Source: Eubacteriales bacterium (GTDB lineage: Bacteria > Bacillota > Clostridia > Oscillospirales > UBA644). From it: 64,000 nt of DNA. Below the pieces are notes generated by a model, which ran no database searches, was not told where the DNA came from, and saw nothing but the letters and a program-made list of their open reading frames with translations. The stretch is from contig JAZTZU010000005.1 of NCBI GenBank assembly GCA_045637625.1, positions 10,236 through 74,235 on the forward strand, in the 5' to 3' direction. Position 1 is the first letter of the stretch; each line of letters starts with the position of its first letter. A program made the position numbers and the translations under genes. Shown here piece by piece: positions 17,858 through 26,810 of this stretch.

Positions 17858-19017
17858 GTATGAAAACAGGAATCTTCGGAGGGACCTTTGATCCGATACA
17901 CAACGGACACCTGAAAGCCCTTGAAAATTTTATCAAAAGGGTATCACCTCAAAAAACATTGGTAATTCCCGCAGGAATACCGCCCCATAAAAAAGAGTCG
18001 GCAACCCCCATTGAAGACAGAGTAAATATGCTCCGTGCCGCCGTGAGAGATTTTCCAAATACGGAAATCTGCCTTTACGAAGCGGAAAAAGACGGGAAAT
18101 GCTATACTTACGAGACTCTTGTTTATTTGCATGAAACTTATCCCGAAACTGAATTTACAATGTTTGTCGGTTCGGATATGCTTCTGAGCTTTGACCGTTG
18201 GTACAGAGTTGAAGATATCGCAAAAATGACATCGCTTGCGGTATTTTCACGTCATGGCGACGATCTCGAAGCCCTGACCGCTAAAATAAAAGAGCTGGAA
18301 AACTCAATCTGTCTGAAAGCGGAGCTTTTCCCCGATGAACCCGAAGAGATAAGTTCCACAGAAATCAGAAATGCCGTAAAAAGCGGTTCAGCCTTGGATC
18401 TGATCCTTCCCGAAACGGAAATCTATATCAAGTCAAAAGGTCTGTACGGGGCTTCAAAGCATTTTGACAAGGATTCATTGCTTGAGGTTCTGCGGAAAAG
18501 GCTTAACCCGAAAAGATTTGCTCACGTTCTCGGAGTTGCGGAAACAGCGGTAAAATACGCAAAACTCTACGGTGCAGATATTCAAAAAGCTGAAATCGCA
18601 GGCCTGCTGCATGACTGCACAAAAGACTACAGCTATGAGACCCAATTAAGATTGCTTGAAGATTACGGATACACGGCAACCAAAGAAGATAAAATTAAAC
18701 CGATAATCCATTCCGTAACAGCACAGATCTCCGCAAAACACGATTTCGGAATAGAAGATAATGAAATACTTGATGCTCTCCGTTACCACACTGCAGGACG
18801 CGAGGAAATGACCCTGTTGGACAAGATAATCTATGTTGCAGACTTTACGGAACCCACAAGAGACTATTCCGATGTGGATTTCTACAGGGAAAAAGCTGAA
18901 AAAGATATTGATGAGGCTTTATTCCTCGGAATGAAATGGATAATCCGGGACAAAATAGACAATGATAAATTTTTACACCCCGATTCAGTTAAAATGTTTA
19001 ACTCCATGTTAAAATAG
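17854..19017 (+). CDS. nadD: Fusion of nicotinate-nucleotide adenylyltransferase (NadD) with the YqeK HD-domain phosphohydrolase
   Basis: N-terminal half has GIFGGTFDPIHNGHL and ISSTEIRN. C-terminal half has RFAHVLGVAETA ... GLLHDCTKD (HD domain). The ATGA start overlaps the yhbY stop. Confidence 0.85.
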   Translation: MSMKTGIFGGTFDPIHNGHLKALENFIKRVSPQKTLVIPAGIPPHKKESATPIEDRVNMLRAAVRDFPNTEICLYEAEKDGKCYTYETLVYLHETYPETEFTMFVGSDMLLSFDRWYRVEDIAKMTSLAVFSRHGDDLEALTAKIKELENSICLKAELFPDEPEEISSTEIRNAVKSGSALDLILPETEIYIKSKGLYGASKHFDKDSLLEVLRKRLNPKRFAHVLGVAETAVKYAKLYGADIQKAEIAGLLHDCTKDYSYETQLRLLEDYGYTATKEDKIKPIIHSVTAQISAKHDFGIEDNEILDALRYHTAGREEMTLLDKIIYVADFTEPTRDYSDVDFYREKAEKDIDEALFLGMKWIIRDKIDNDKFLHPDSVKMFNSMLK

Positions 19018-19044
19018 AATTTTAGAAAAGAAAGGACAAAAATC

Positions 19045-19398
19045 ATGAACGAAATGGTCAAAACCGCTGTCAAAGCGCTGAACGAAAAAAAGGCAGTTGA
19101 CATCAGAACCATCCACATTGAAAAATTGACATCTATGGCTGCATACCTTGTTATTTGCAACGGTTCAAGCTCCACTCAGGTCAGAACTCTGGCTGACGCC
19201 TGCGAATACAAACTAAATGAAGCAGGATTCCCAATTCACCACCGTGAAGGTACTGCGGAGAGTGGTTGGATACTACTTGACTACGGCGACATGATAGTCA
19301 GCGTATATAACAGAGAAGCCCGCTCATTCTACGATCTCGAAAGATTCTGGAAAGACGGCACAGAAATTGATATCAAAGAACTCATTGACGAAGAATAA
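19045..19398 (+). CDS. rsfS: Ribosomal silencing factor RsfS (iojap)
   Basis: AAYLVICNGSSSTQVRTLADA ... WILLDYGDMIVSVY ... FYDLERFW. Confidence 0.85.
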   Translation: MNEMVKTAVKALNEKKAVDIRTIHIEKLTSMAAYLVICNGSSSTQVRTLADACEYKLNEAGFPIHHREGTAESGWILLDYGDMIVSVYNREARSFYDLERFWKDGTEIDIKELIDEE

Positions 19399-19419
19399 GA
19401 AGAAAGGTAGTATTTTAAA

Positions 19420-21828
19420 ATGGGCTACGAACATAAGGATATAGAAAAAAAATGGCAAAAAATATGGGACGATAACCATGTTTTTGAAGCAAGCAACGAC
19501 TTCACAAAACCGAAGTTCTATGCGCTTGTTGAATTCCCCTATCCCTCAGGTCAGGGTCTTCATGTAGGACATCCCAGACCATACACAGCGATGGATATCG
19601 TTTCAAGAAAAAGAAGAATGCAGGGTTACAACGTACTTTTCCCCATGGGCTGGGACGCTTTCGGTCTCCCCACTGAAAACTACGCTATAAAAAACAAGAT
19701 CCATCCCCGTATCGTTACTGAAAACAATATCGCACACTTCAAAGATCAGATCAGATCTCTCGGTCTTTCTTTCGACTGGGCAAGAGAAGTAAACACAACA
19801 GACCCTGACTATTACAAATGGACTCAGTGGATATTCCTCCAGATGTTCAAAAAAGGTCTTGCATACAAAAAAGAAATGGCTGTTAACTGGTGTACTTCCT
19901 GTAAAGTAGTTCTTGCAAACGAAGAAGTTGTAAACGGCGTATGCGAACGTTGCGGTTCAGAAGTTGTAAGAAAAAATAAATCCCAGTGGATCCTGAAGAT
20001 CACAGAATACGCAGACAGACTTGCTGATGACCTGGATCTTGTTGACTACATTCCCAGAGTTAAAACTCAGCAGAGAAACTGGATCGGACGTTCCACAGGT
20101 GCAGAAGTTGATTTCACAACAACTTCAGGTGATAAACTGACTGTTTACACAACTCGTCCCGATACACTTTTCGGCGCTACATACATGGTAATCTCCCCCG
20201 AACATCCCGCTATTGAACAATGGAAAGACAAGCTCGCAAACTACGAAGAACTTATCGCTTACAGAGTTGAAGCTTCCAAGAAGAGTGATTTCGAAAGAAC
20301 AGAACTTGCAAAAGACAAAACAGGCGTTTGCCTCGACGGAGTTAAAGCAATCAACCCCGTAAACGGTAAAGAAATTCCCATTTTCGTTTCCGACTACGTT
20401 CTCATGGGCTACGGCACAGGCGCTATCATGGCTGTTCCCGCACACGACACAAGAGACTGGGATTTCGCAAAGAAATTCGGTATTCCCATGGTTGAAGTTG
20501 TTGCAGGCGGAAACATTGAGGAAGCAGCGTTCACAGATATTGAAACAGGTACAATGGTCAATTCCGAATTCCTTAACGGTCTTTCCGTTGAAGAGGCTAA
20601 GAAAAAGATCGTTGAATTCCTTTCCGAAAAAGGCATCGGCAAAGAAAAAGTAAACTTCAAGCTCCGTGACTGGATCTTCGCACGTCAGAGATATTGGGGC
20701 GAACCCATTCCTGTTGTATTCTGCGAAAAATGCGGTTGCGTAGCTCTTCCCGAAAGCGAACTTCCCCTCCGTCTGCCCGATCTTGAAAACTTCGAACAGA
20801 CAGATACAGGCGAATCTCCCCTTTCCAAGCTTGATGATTGGGTAAATACGACTTGTCCCTGCTGCGGAGGTCCCGCTAAGAGAGAAACAGACACTATGCC
20901 CCAGTGGGCAGGTTCTTCCTGGTACTTCCTCAGATACATCGATCCCGCAAACAACGATGCACTCGCTTCCGAAGAAGCTCTTAAATATTGGTTGCCCATC
21001 GACTGGTACAACGGCGGTATGGAACACACAACTCTCCACCTGCTCTACTCCAGATTCTGGCACAAATTCCTCTACGATGAAGGCGTTGTTCCCACATCCG
21101 AACCTTACGCAAAGAGAACATCCCACGGTATGATCCTCGGTGAAAACAGCGAAAAGATGTCCAAATCAAGAGGTAACGTTGTTAACCCCGACGACATCGT
21201 AAACACTTACGGTGCAGATACTCTCCGTCTTTACGAAATGTTCATCGGTGACTTTGAAAAAGCTGCTCCCTGGTCCGAAAACGGCGTAAAAGGCTGCCGC
21301 AGATTCCTTGACAGAGTTTACTCCATGGCTCAGAATGTAGTTGACGGCGACGAATACTCCGCAGAGCTCGAAGCGTCTTTCCACAAGACGATCAAAAAAG
21401 TTACAGAAGACATCGAAGCCCTCAAGTTCAACACAGCAATCGCTGCTATGATGGCTCTCCTCAACGAGATCAGCGACAAAGGTTCCGTAAACAAAGCAGA
21501 ACTCAAAACATTCCTCACTATCCTCAGCCCCTTCGCACCACATCTCTGCGAAGAACTCTGGCAGAACAACGGATTTGAAGGCATGCTTGCAAACGGCAAA
21601 TGGGCTGAATACGACGAAAGCAAAACAGTTGACAAATCAATTCAGATCCCCGTTCAGGTAAACGGAAAACTCAGAGCTACAATTACTGTTGCGGCAGATG
21701 CTGAACAGGCTGAAATCGTTACCGCTGCAAAGGCTGACGAAAAAGTAAAAGCACAGATCGACGGCAAACAGATCGTCAAAGAGATCTATGTTAAGGGCAG
21801 AATGGTAAACATAGTAGTGAAGGGTTAA
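19420..21828 (+). CDS. leuS: Leucine--tRNA ligase
   Basis: 802 aa. HVGH (HIGH-type) motif in [16 protein letters not shown] and [10 protein letters not shown]1 editing domain present. Confidence 0.97.
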   Translation: MGYEHKDIEKKWQKIWDDNHVFEASNDFTKPKFYALVEFPYPSGQGLHVGHPRPYTAMDIVSRKRRMQGYNVLFPMGWDAFGLPTENYAIKNKIHPRIVTENNIAHFKDQIRSLGLSFDWAREVNTTDPDYYKWTQWIFLQMFKKGLAYKKEMAVNWCTSCKVVLANEEVVNGVCERCGSEVVRKNKSQWILKITEYADRLADDLDLVDYIPRVKTQQRNWIGRSTGAEVDFTTTSGDKLTVYTTRPDTLFGATYMVISPEHPAIEQWKDKLANYEELIAYRVEASKKSDFERTELAKDKTGVCLDGVKAINPVNGKEIPIFVSDYVLMGYGTGAIMAVPAHDTRDWDFAKKFGIPMVEVVAGGNIEEAAFTDIETGTMVNSEFLNGLSVEEAKKKIVEFLSEKGIGKEKVNFKLRDWIFARQRYWGEPIPVVFCEKCGCVALPESELPLRLPDLENFEQTDTGESPLSKLDDWVNTTCPCCGGPAKRETDTMPQWAGSSWYFLRYIDPANNDALASEEALKYWLPIDWYNGGMEHTTLHLLYSRFWHKFLYDEGVVPTSEPYAKRTSHGMILGENSEKMSKSRGNVVNPDDIVNTYGADTLRLYEMFIGDFEKAAPWSENGVKGCRRFLDRVYSMAQNVVDGDEYSAELEASFHKTIKKVTEDIEALKFNTAIAAMMALLNEISDKGSVNKAELKTFLTILSPFAPHLCEELWQNNGFEGMLANGKWAEYDESKTVDKSIQIPVQVNGKLRATITVAADAEQAEIVTAAKADEKVKAQIDGKQIVKEIYVKGRMVNIVVKG

Positions 21829-21854
21829 TTCAAAAACAGTTCACGATTTTTACG

Positions 21855-21883
21855 TTGACATTTCACAAATTTAGTGGTATAAT
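21855..21883 (+). promoter_or_regulatory. Promoter of the rplJL operon
   Basis: TTGACA, 17 nt, (TGg)TATAAT. Confidence 0.7.
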
Positions 21884-21889
21884 ATATAG

Positions 21890-22063
21890 GTTCATGAGAC
21901 ACTTCATGATTTTCCTAAGACAATAGGTGCGACTTGCTTAATTTTGCCTATCGAGGAAGAGCTTCAAAATTATTTGGAATTCTTACGCTCTTTCGACCGA
22001 TGGCTTCGAAAGAGCTTTTTGTTTTAATCGAAAGTCATGAAAATTTTCAGGAGGTGAAATTTC
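21890..22063 (+). promoter_or_regulatory. Ribosomal protein L10 leader (autoregulatory attenuator)
   Basis: Sits between the promoter and rplJ. Contains AAGACAATAGGTG ... GCCTATCGAGG helix elements and ends in the terminator at 21987-22025. Layout matches Firmicute L10 leaders. Confidence 0.65.
21987..22025 (+). terminator. Attenuator terminator inside the L10 leader
   Basis: GCTCTTTCGA / TCGAAAGAGC stem followed by TTTTTGTTTT. Confidence 0.75.
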
Positions 22064-22585
22064 ATGGCAAACGAAAAAATTCTCAACGAGAAAAAGCAGA
22101 TAGTTGCTGATCTCACAGAAAGAATTAAGGGTGCTACATCCGGCGTATTCGTACAGTATACAGGTATTACAGTTTCCGAAGACACAGCTCTTCGTTCTGA
22201 ACTCCGTAAAAACGAAGTTGAATATTCCGTTGTTAAAAACACTCTTACAAGACGTGCTGTTAAAGAAGCCGGCTACGAAGGTCTTGATGACATCTTCAAC
22301 GGCGCTACAGCAATGGCTACAACAGAAGACTTCACAGCTGCAGCAAGAGTTCTCTGCGAATACGCTGAAAAGAACGACAAGTTCATCATCAAAGCGGGCT
22401 TCGTAGCAGGCGAAACTCTCGACGCGGACGGCGTTAAGGCTCTCGCAAAGATTCCTTCCAAACCCGTTCTCTACGCAAAATTCCTTGGCAGCATCCAGTC
22501 TCCCCTTTATTCCTTCGCATACGCAATTCAGGCGATCATCGACAAGAATGGCGAAGGTGCAGCTGAAGAAGCAGCAGAAGCGTAA
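22064..22585 (+). CDS. rplJ: 50S ribosomal protein L10
   Basis: Position before rplL. Sequence KKQIVADLTERIKGATSGVFVQYTGITV. Confidence 0.95.
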   Translation: MANEKILNEKKQIVADLTERIKGATSGVFVQYTGITVSEDTALRSELRKNEVEYSVVKNTLTRRAVKEAGYEGLDDIFNGATAMATTEDFTAAARVLCEYAEKNDKFIIKAGFVAGETLDADGVKALAKIPSKPVLYAKFLGSIQSPLYSFAYAIQAIIDKNGEGAAEEAAEA

Positions 22586-22683
22586 TCAATTAAGAGCAAA
22601 AGCTCAAACAGCGGCATAGTTCCGCAAGCGGCAAAGACCGCACAATACATCATATTTTTATAATTATTTTGGAGGAAATTAAA

Positions 22684-23058
22684 ATGGCATCTGAAAAAAT
22701 CACACAGATCCTTGATCTTGTTAAAGAACTTACAATCCTTGAACTCGCTGACCTCGTAAAGGCAGTAGAAGAAGAATTCGGCGTATCCGCTGCTCCCGTT
22801 GCTGCAGCAGCTCCCGCAGCAGCAGCTGCTCCCGCTGAAGCTGAACAGACAGAATTCACAGTAATTCTCGCTGACGCTGGCGCAAGCAAAATGAACGTTA
22901 TCAAAGCAGTTAGAGAAATCACAGGTCTCGGCCTTAAAGAATCCAAAGAAATCGTTGACGGCGCTCCCAAAGCAATCAAAGAAAACGTTTCCAAGGAAGA
23001 CGCTGAAGCAGCTAAAGCAGCTCTCGAAGCAGCTGGCGCTAAAGTTGAACTTAAATAA
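22684..23058 (+). CDS. rplL: 50S ribosomal protein L7/L12
   Basis: Ala/Pro hinge [23 protein letters not shown] and C-terminal domain [34 protein letters not shown] before the ATG at 22684. Confidence 0.95.
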   Translation: MASEKITQILDLVKELTILELADLVKAVEEEFGVSAAPVAAAAPAAAAAPAEAEQTEFTVILADAGASKMNVIKAVREITGLGLKESKEIVDGAPKAIKENVSKEDAEAAKAALEAAGAKVELK

Positions 23059-23081
23059 GTTTAGCCTTAATAAGCAAATTG

Positions 23082-23111
23082 AAACTCCCCGATTTTTCGG
23101 GGAGTTTTTTT
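23082..23111 (+). terminator. Intrinsic terminator of rplJL
   Basis: CTCCCCG / CGGGGAG stem plus T7. Confidence 0.8.
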
Positions 23112-23129
23112 CTTATATAATAAATGTCA

Positions 23130-23162
23130 GGGGAAGAACCTTTTAGAAAAAGATTCTTCCCC
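23130..23162. repeat. Hairpin-only relative of the repeat family, copy J
   Basis: GGGGAAGAACCTTTTAGAAAAAGATTCTTCCCC, between the rplL terminator and the convergent oxidoreductase gene. Confidence 0.4.
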
Positions 23163-23187
23163 TACAGCATACTTAATATTATATCTG

Positions 23188-24330
23188 TTAGATTTCAGGA
23201 ATGTTGATCTCTACTTCTCTGCCGAGTTCTGCGGATCTTACGATACCGTCGATAATAGCCTGGTTGTAGATGATCTCGCTTGTGGGAACGGGTGCGGGAC
23301 CGTTAGTCTTAACCGCATCGAGGAAGGAACGGATCTTCTGGTCGAAAAGTCCACCAAAGCCATGGTTGGAACGTTCGGGAATAGAATAATCAGTTTCGAT
23401 ACCTGCAACGTTTCTGTAAACCACGAGAGGTCCGCCAATACTTCCGTTCCAGCAGTCTGTGGAGGGAATTCTCAGACCGGCATCTGTACCGAGGATAATG
23501 GAGTCACCGGGAGTGTTGATATTCATCGCCCAGGAAATTCTGAAGTCAAGAATAATATCGCCTTCAAGACGGATAAATGCTGCCGCGAAGTCATCAACGT
23601 TGAATCGGTTCGCATCGTATTCGCCGACTTCTTTGGGATTTGTTCCGAAATAGTTGGATGTATAGGCGGAAACTGTCAAAGGCTTCGGATAACCGATAGC
23701 ATTGAGGACCATATCGAGAGAGTAGCAGCCGATATCACCGAGAGCGCCAACGCCTGCGGTCTTCTTTTCGATGAATGTACTGCCGGGAATACCTCTTCTT
23801 CTGCCGCCGCCTGTCTGGATGTAATAAACTTTACCAAGTTCGCCGGACTGAACGACCTGTTTAACCATCTGCATATTTCTGTCAAAACGGGGCTGGAAAC
23901 CAACGGAAACAAATTTACCGCTTTCTTTTTCAGCTTTTCTGATAGCGATAGCTTCTTCAAGAGTTACGCACATGGGCTTTTCAAGAAGAACGGGAATGCC
24001 CTTGTTAAGGCAGTCGATGGTACAGCAAGCGTGCTGCATATTGTAAGTACAAACAGAAACAGCGTCAAGCTCTTCAGCTGCAAGCATTTCGGAATGATGT
24101 CCGTAAATTCTCGCATTGGGAACGCCGTATTTCTGAGCGAAAGCAGCAGCTTTTCCGGGAACGATATCCGCAAGAGCAACAACTTCGCAGTCAGGCATAT
24201 TTTTGTAACTTTCAACATGGGATTCTGCGATCCAACCTGTACCGATAATACCTACTTTGAGTTTTTTTGATGTGTCAACCACTTTAGCCTCTTCCGAAGG
24301 TCTGAACTGGCTGAGTACTTCATCTGCCAT
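23188..24330 (-). CDS. Gfo/Idh/MocA-family NAD(P)-dependent oxidoreductase
   Basis: N-terminal Rossmann motif KVGIIGTGWIAESHVESYKNMPDCEVVALADI and EKPM motif (LLEKPMCV). Confidence 0.85.
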   Translation of the reverse strand: MADEVLSQFRPSEEAKVVDTSKKLKVGIIGTGWIAESHVESYKNMPDCEVVALADIVPGKAAAFAQKYGVPNARIYGHHSEMLAAEELDAVSVCTYNMQHACCTIDCLNKGIPVLLEKPMCVTLEEAIAIRKAEKESGKFVSVGFQPRFDRNMQMVKQVVQSGELGKVYYIQTGGGRRRGIPGSTFIEKKTAGVGALGDIGCYSLDMVLNAIGYPKPLTVSAYTSNYFGTNPKEVGEYDANRFNVDDFAAAFIRLEGDIILDFRISWAMNINTPGDSIILGTDAGLRIPSTDCWNGSIGGPLVVYRNVAGIETDYSIPERSNHGFGGLFDQKIRSFLDAVKTNGPAPVPTSEIIYNQAIIDGIVRSAELGREVEINIPEI

Positions 24331-24383
24331 AATGAATGATCTCCTTTTCTTCTCCCGTCGGGGAGTTTTTTCTTTACCTGTTT

Positions 24384-24412
24384 ATTATATCACATCTTTC
24401 AGCGATTGTCAA
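24384..24412 (-). promoter_or_regulatory. Promoter of the Gfo/Idh/MocA gene
   Basis: On the minus strand: TTGACA, 17 nt, TATAAT. Confidence 0.6.
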
Positions 24413-24768
24413 GTGGGTAAATATATTTATACAAAAAACCAATTTCTACATAAAGAATTCCAAAACAGCAACCTCCACCGAAAAAAAATGTACAAGAAAG
24501 TTACAAAAAAAACATTGACAAACCCACAATAGATTACCAAGAAATAGTTGATAATTATTTATTCAGAAGAAATTGTTTACTATAATGTTGTCGATAATCT
24601 TTTGTATAGGCAGGATACCGAAAAAACAAAATGTTATCCGGCAGACGCAACAATCGACCTCATAACAGGTGAAGAAACTTTGCTGGAAGGACGAACGAAT
24701 GTTTATGGCGACCCCTATTCTGAAATCGACGGAGATTTTCCGGGCGTTATTACAATCGAATAAATTTC

Positions 24769-24796
24769 AGACCTCTCATTTTGGGAGGTCTTTTTA
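24769..24796 (+). terminator. Intrinsic terminator with no clear gene upstream
   Basis: AGACCTC / GAGGTCT stem plus TTTTT. Follows the weak TTG-initiated ORF 24548-24763. Confidence 0.6.
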
Positions 24797-24836
24797 TGTC
24801 AAATTCTAAAAAAAAGGGTATTTTTCTCAAAAGCAC

Positions 24837-24865
24837 TTGATTTTGCCGTTTATATGTGCTATTAT
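24837..24865 (+). promoter_or_regulatory. Promoter of the eda-kdgK fusion gene
   Basis: TTGATT, 17 nt, (TGc)TATTAT. Confidence 0.55.
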
Positions 24866-24915
24866 ATATACATAATATATTTAACTCAAATTTCCAAAGA
24901 GAGGCAGATATTAAG

Positions 24916-26604
24916 ATGTACGAAATCACAGAAAAATTCAAAGAACTTAAACTTATTCCCGTTATCAAAATCGAAAACGTGGAAAACGCTGTTCCCCTTG
25001 CAGAAGCGCTCATCAAAGGCGGTCTTCCCGCTGCTGAAATCACTTTCCGCGCAGCAGGTGCAGATAAAGCTATCGCTGCTATCGCAAAAGCTTTCCCCGA
25101 TATGCTCGTTGGCGCAGGCACAGTCCTCACAACAGAACAGGTTGACGCGGCTAAAGCTGCAGGCGCAACATTTATCGTAAGCCCCGGCTTTAATCCCAAG
25201 GTAGTTGCTTACTGTAACGAGATCGGTATCCCCGTATTCCCCGGCTGTACAACTCCTTCCGAAATCGAACAGGCTATCGAACTCGGTCTTGACACAGTTA
25301 AATTCTTCCCCGCAGAACAGTCCGGCGGTATCGACAAGATCAAAGCTATGGCTGCTCCCTACACAAAAATGACTTTCATCCCCACAGGCGGTATCTCCCC
25401 TGCTAACATTAAAAAATATCTTGCGTTCAATAAAGTTATCGCTTGCGGCGGCAGCTTTATGGTTAAAGAAGATCTCATCAACAACAAAGAATGGGATAAG
25501 ATCACAGAACTCACAAAGAACGCTGTTGATCTCGTAAACGGCAAAGAAGAACCTGTTGTTAAAACAGAAAAGAAGATCACCGCAGGAAAAGTTGTTACTT
25601 TCGGTGAAATCATGCTCAGACTTGCTCCCCTTGATTACCTCAGATTCTTCCAGAACGATATGCTCGAAGCTACATTCGGCGGCGGCGAAGCTAACGTTGC
25701 AGTATCTCTTGCAAACTTCGGCAGAGAAGCTGCTTTCGTTACAAAACTTCCCGACAACGACATCGGTCAGGGTGCTATCAACTCCATGAGATATTTCGGC
25801 GTTGACACTTCCATGATCACACGCGGTGGCGAAAGAGTTGGTATTTACTACCTCGAAAAAGGTGCAAGCCAGAGAGCTTCCAAAGTTGTTTACGACAGAG
25901 CTTATTCCGCAATCTCCATGGCTACAAAGAAAGACTTCGACTGGGATAAGATCTTTGACGGTGCTACATGGTTCCACTTCACAGGCATCACACCGGCTCT
26001 CGGCGACAATGTTGCAGAAATCTGCCTTGAAGCTTGTAAGAAAGCAAACGAAAAGGGTATCACAGTAAGCTGTGACCTCAACTTCCGCAAAAAACTCTGG
26101 TCTTCCCAGAAGGCTGGCGAAGTTATGGGCAAACTCATGCCTTACGTTGATGTTTGTATTGCAAACGAAGAAGACGCTGACAAAGTGTTCGGCATCAAAG
26201 CTGAAAACACAGACGTTCACGGCGGCAAGCTGAACCACGAAGGTTACAAATATGTTGCTGACGAGCTTGTTAAGAGATTCGGCTGCAAATACGTTGCTAT
26301 CACTCTGAGAACAAGTATTTCCGCAAACGACAACAAGTGGGCTGCTATGCTCTACGACGGCGAAAACAGCTACTTCTCCAAATCCTACGACGTTCACATC
26401 GTTGACCGTGTAGGCGGCGGCGACAGCTTCGGTGCAGGTCTTATCTACGGTATTTCCGAAGGCTATGCTCCTCAGGACGCTCTTGAATTCGCAGTTGCGG
26501 CTTCCTGCCTCAAGCACTCCATCCAGGGCGACTTCAACCGTGTAACAGTTTCCGAAGTTAAGACCCTTATGGGCGGCGACGGCTCCGGTCGAGTTTCCAG
26601 ATAA
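24916..26604 (+). CDS. Fusion of KDPG/KHG aldolase (Eda) with 2-dehydro-3-deoxygluconokinase (KdgK, PfkB family)
   Basis: N-terminal 210 aa: LIPVIKIENVENAVPLAEALIKGGLPAAEITFR ... GAGTVLT ... FKFFPAE ... FIPTGGI. C-terminal 340 aa: VVTFGEIMLRL ... FGGGEANVA ... DRVGGGDSFGAGLIYG (PfkB signature). ATG at 24916 follows SD AAAGAGAGG. Confidence 0.85.
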   Translation: MYEITEKFKELKLIPVIKIENVENAVPLAEALIKGGLPAAEITFRAAGADKAIAAIAKAFPDMLVGAGTVLTTEQVDAAKAAGATFIVSPGFNPKVVAYCNEIGIPVFPGCTTPSEIEQAIELGLDTVKFFPAEQSGGIDKIKAMAAPYTKMTFIPTGGISPANIKKYLAFNKVIACGGSFMVKEDLINNKEWDKITELTKNAVDLVNGKEEPVVKTEKKITAGKVVTFGEIMLRLAPLDYLRFFQNDMLEATFGGGEANVAVSLANFGREAAFVTKLPDNDIGQGAINSMRYFGVDTSMITRGGERVGIYYLEKGASQRASKVVYDRAYSAISMATKKDFDWDKIFDGATWFHFTGITPALGDNVAEICLEACKKANEKGITVSCDLNFRKKLWSSQKAGEVMGKLMPYVDVCIANEEDADKVFGIKAENTDVHGGKLNHEGYKYVADELVKRFGCKYVAITLRTSISANDNKWAAMLYDGENSYFSKSYDVHIVDRVGGGDSFGAGLIYGISEGYAPQDALEFAVAASCLKHSIQGDFNRVTVSEVKTLMGGDGSGRVSR

Positions 26605-26626
26605 GATAACTAAATAAATAATTGCA

Positions 26627-26662
26627 CGGGAGAACTTTATAATAACCATAAAAGTTCTCCCG
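26627..26662. repeat. Hairpin-only relative of the repeat family, copy K
   Basis: CGGGAGAACTTTATAATAACCATAAAAGTTCTCCCG, 22 nt after the eda-kdgK stop. Confidence 0.45.
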
Positions 26663-26732
26663 TATAGTCTACCCAAAAATCATCCTCATGTCTTCTTATA
26701 CAGAAATATTACAAATGTTTGAATTTTTCTTC

Positions 26733-26741
26733 GGGGGGGGG
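26733..26741 (+). repeat. Homopolymeric G9 tract abutting a -35 element
   Basis: Nine consecutive G immediately 5' of TAGACA. Confidence 0.9.
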
Positions 26742-26770
26742 TAGACAAAATCCTGAAATTGTGCTATAAT
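26742..26770 (+). promoter_or_regulatory. Promoter with TAGACAAA -35 and extended -10
   Basis: TAGACA, 17 nt, (TGc)TATAAT. Third instance of this architecture. Confidence 0.6.
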
Positions 26771-26810
26771 ATATCTGTTTAATTATCCCACTGAAAATGG
26801 AGGAAAAAAT

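Noticed and set aside
19399-19419. Looked for T-box leaders upstream of leuS (here) and cysS (57946-57975).
   Set aside because: The gaps are only 21 and 30 nt, which is too short. Both synthetase genes are internal operon members.
20125-21126. 333-aa minus-strand ORF inside leuS.
   Set aside because: Antisense to a clear leucyl-tRNA synthetase, with no recognisable motif. Same codon-bias artefact.
22650-22994. 114-aa Ala-rich minus-strand ORF.
   Set aside because: Mirror image of the rplL Ala/Pro hinge, so it is an artefact.
23362-24270. 302-aa plus-strand ORF.
   Set aside because: Antisense to the Gfo/Idh/MocA gene, whose Rossmann motif and EKPM motif identify the true strand.
24346-24372. 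Plus-strand hairpin CTCCC-GTCG-GGGAG followed by T6, which looks like a terminator.
   Set aside because: There is no plus-strand gene upstream. It lies in the 5' UTR of the minus-strand oxidoreductase gene, where it reads as an A-run plus a small leader hairpin.
24886-26676. 596-aa ORF on the minus strand, the longest alternative ORF in the window.
   Set aside because: It is exactly antisense to the eda-kdgK fusion, which has unmistakable family motifs. Its translation is Cys/Phe/Val-rich low-complexity sequence, and no SD precedes it. Stop-poor antisense frames are expected with this genome's codon bias.
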